From assembly GCF_037042905.1 (NCBI RefSeq), contig NC_087245.1:23314001-23378000 (forward strand): DNA of 64,000 nt, in the 5' to 3' direction. Below are positions 63,701-64,000 of the stretch, piece after piece (position 1 is the stretch's first letter; each line of letters begins with the position of its first letter). The notes under the pieces were generated by a model. The model saw only the letters and a list, made by a program, of their open reading frames with translations. It was not told where the DNA came from and searched no databases. Position numbers and translations under genes: made by a program. The stretch comes from Lytechinus pictus. Its lineage: Eukaryota.

Positions 63701-64000
63701 CGCGCCATTTAACTTCATTTTAATCCATGACTAAACTTAACCCCGGTATAACTTTAGTCCACCTTTGTGAATTCGGGCCAAGAAGATGTGGGGACATTTG
63801 GACCAAGTTATTTTGCTAAAATCATAATCATTACATTGCCATCTTCTATAGGGGGCTCTTTCTTCTCCATATTTTTGGGTTATATAGATCACTTACCTCC
63901 ATCCCCGTACTCCATCACAATAGCTAGTATCCCGCCTCCACCGGCAACGAAAGCCTCACGGTACCGAATGATGTTCACGTGCCTCAGCCGTCCAAGAATA
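50068..64000 (-). CDS. NIMA-related Ser/Thr kinase (NEK1/NEK4-like), 5'-partial, 8 exons in window
   Basis: complement(join(50068..50423,50754..51318,51974..52807,53192..53396,54080..54217,59065..59218,60161..60292,63897..>64000)). Motifs [87 protein letters not shown] and RPSA are typical of NEK kinases. Phases are consistent. The exact paralog is not assignable by eye. Confidence 0.9.
50754..51318 (-). CDS. NEK-like kinase exon, probably disordered region
   Basis: 565-nt open exon containing most of ORF 50737..51288; CAG acceptor, GTAAAA donor, phase 0 to 1. Confidence 0.8.
51974..52807 (-). CDS. NEK-like kinase large exon, basic Ser/Arg/Lys-rich, probably disordered
   Basis: 834-nt open exon containing most of ORF 51950..52783; TAG acceptor, GTAAAT donor, phase 0 to 0. 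Confidence 0.8.
53192..53396 (-). CDS. NEK-like kinase exon (subdomain XI and linker)
   Basis: TYGIVIEELVAVLLSVSPNMRPSAHAILTSHNIRPYVKAF...KSRKS; GTAAGT donor. Confidence 0.85.
54080..54217 (-). CDS. NEK-like kinase exon (subdomains IX-X)
   Basis: [45 protein letters not shown](K); phase 2 to 2. Confidence 0.9.
55123..55443. mobile_element. MITE with nested CAC...GTG MITE (55213..55372, TA TSD)
   Basis: Outer TIRs TACCTCAGTCACATT / AATGTGACTGTGGTA; inner TA|CACTCTTAAAATGTTGGG...CCCAACATTTTTAAGAGTG|TA. Confidence 0.8.
58321..58497. mobile_element. Fold-back MITE, probably nested in a larger CAC...GTG element (about 58187-58740)
   Basis: AAAGAGCGTGTATAGTGACTG...CAGTCACTATACACGCTCTTT; long near-perfect inverted repeat with TA flanks. 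Confidence 0.65.
59065..59218 (-). CDS. NEK-like kinase exon (catalytic loop, DFG, activation loop)
   Basis: (D)[50 protein letters not shown](P); ends at a GTATCCTTT donor. Confidence 0.93.
59401..59706 (+). mobile_element. tRNA-derived SINE with LINE2-like 3' tail
   Basis: Box A TAGTGTAGCGG, box B TGTTCGAATCCC, core CCACCCAGGTGTTAAATGGGTACC, tail AAGCGCTATATAAATGTAACTATTATTA. Confidence 0.8.
60161..60292 (-). CDS. NEK-like kinase exon (subdomain VIa to HR)
   Basis: (G)[46 protein letters not shown]/GTAAG boundaries. Confidence 0.92.
62168..62590. mobile_element. hAT-type MITE
   Basis: Perfect 8-bp TSD GGCCTCCC; TIRs CACTAGCGTACCTAAG / CTTAGGTACGCTAGTG. Confidence 0.88.
62835..63266. mobile_element. 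MITE with ~30-bp TIRs
   Basis: CCCCCATCACACTTATTCGGAATC / GATTCGGAATAAGTGTGATGGGGG. Confidence 0.7.
63655..63779. mobile_element. Short Harbinger-like MITE, probably young
   Basis: Perfect 39-bp TIR GGCCCGAATTCACAAAGGTGGACTAAAGTTATACCGGGG; 3-bp TSD AAG. Confidence 0.88.
63897..64000 (-). CDS. NEK-like kinase exon (subdomains IV-V), runs off window
   Basis: [40 protein letters not shown] donor, phase 1. Confidence 0.9.

Overview
AT-rich, intron-rich animal genomic DNA. The repeat landscape (TTAA-flanked MITEs, a tRNA-derived SINE, hAT/Harbinger MITEs) suggests an invertebrate deuterostome, probably a sea urchin; this is inference, not a database result. I reconstructed two minus-strand spliced genes by hand from GT-AG boundaries and codon phases. 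(1) A complete 14-coding-exon gene (20586 to 3183, 1611 nt, 536 aa) encodes a secreted ColQ-like collagen: signal peptide, vWC domain, PRAD-like polyproline, Pro/Thr stalk, CxxxC, about 49 Gly-X-Y triplets with basic clusters, ColQ-type C-terminal non-collagenous region, a second short collagen run, ColQ-type Cys-rich domain and an RRKRR tail. ColQ, the collagen tail that anchors acetylcholinesterase, is classically regarded as a vertebrate protein, so this is the main finding. (2) The last 8 coding exons of a NIMA-related (NEK1/NEK4-like) kinase (beyond 64000 to 50068) include a clear U12-type intron. Introns and the intergenic region carry many MITEs, a BED-finger hAT deletion derivative, a decayed CR1-group LINE, a tRNA-derived SINE, microsatellites and an apparent 7SL(Alu-domain)-headed SINE-like element. 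No prokaryotic features or CRISPR arrays.
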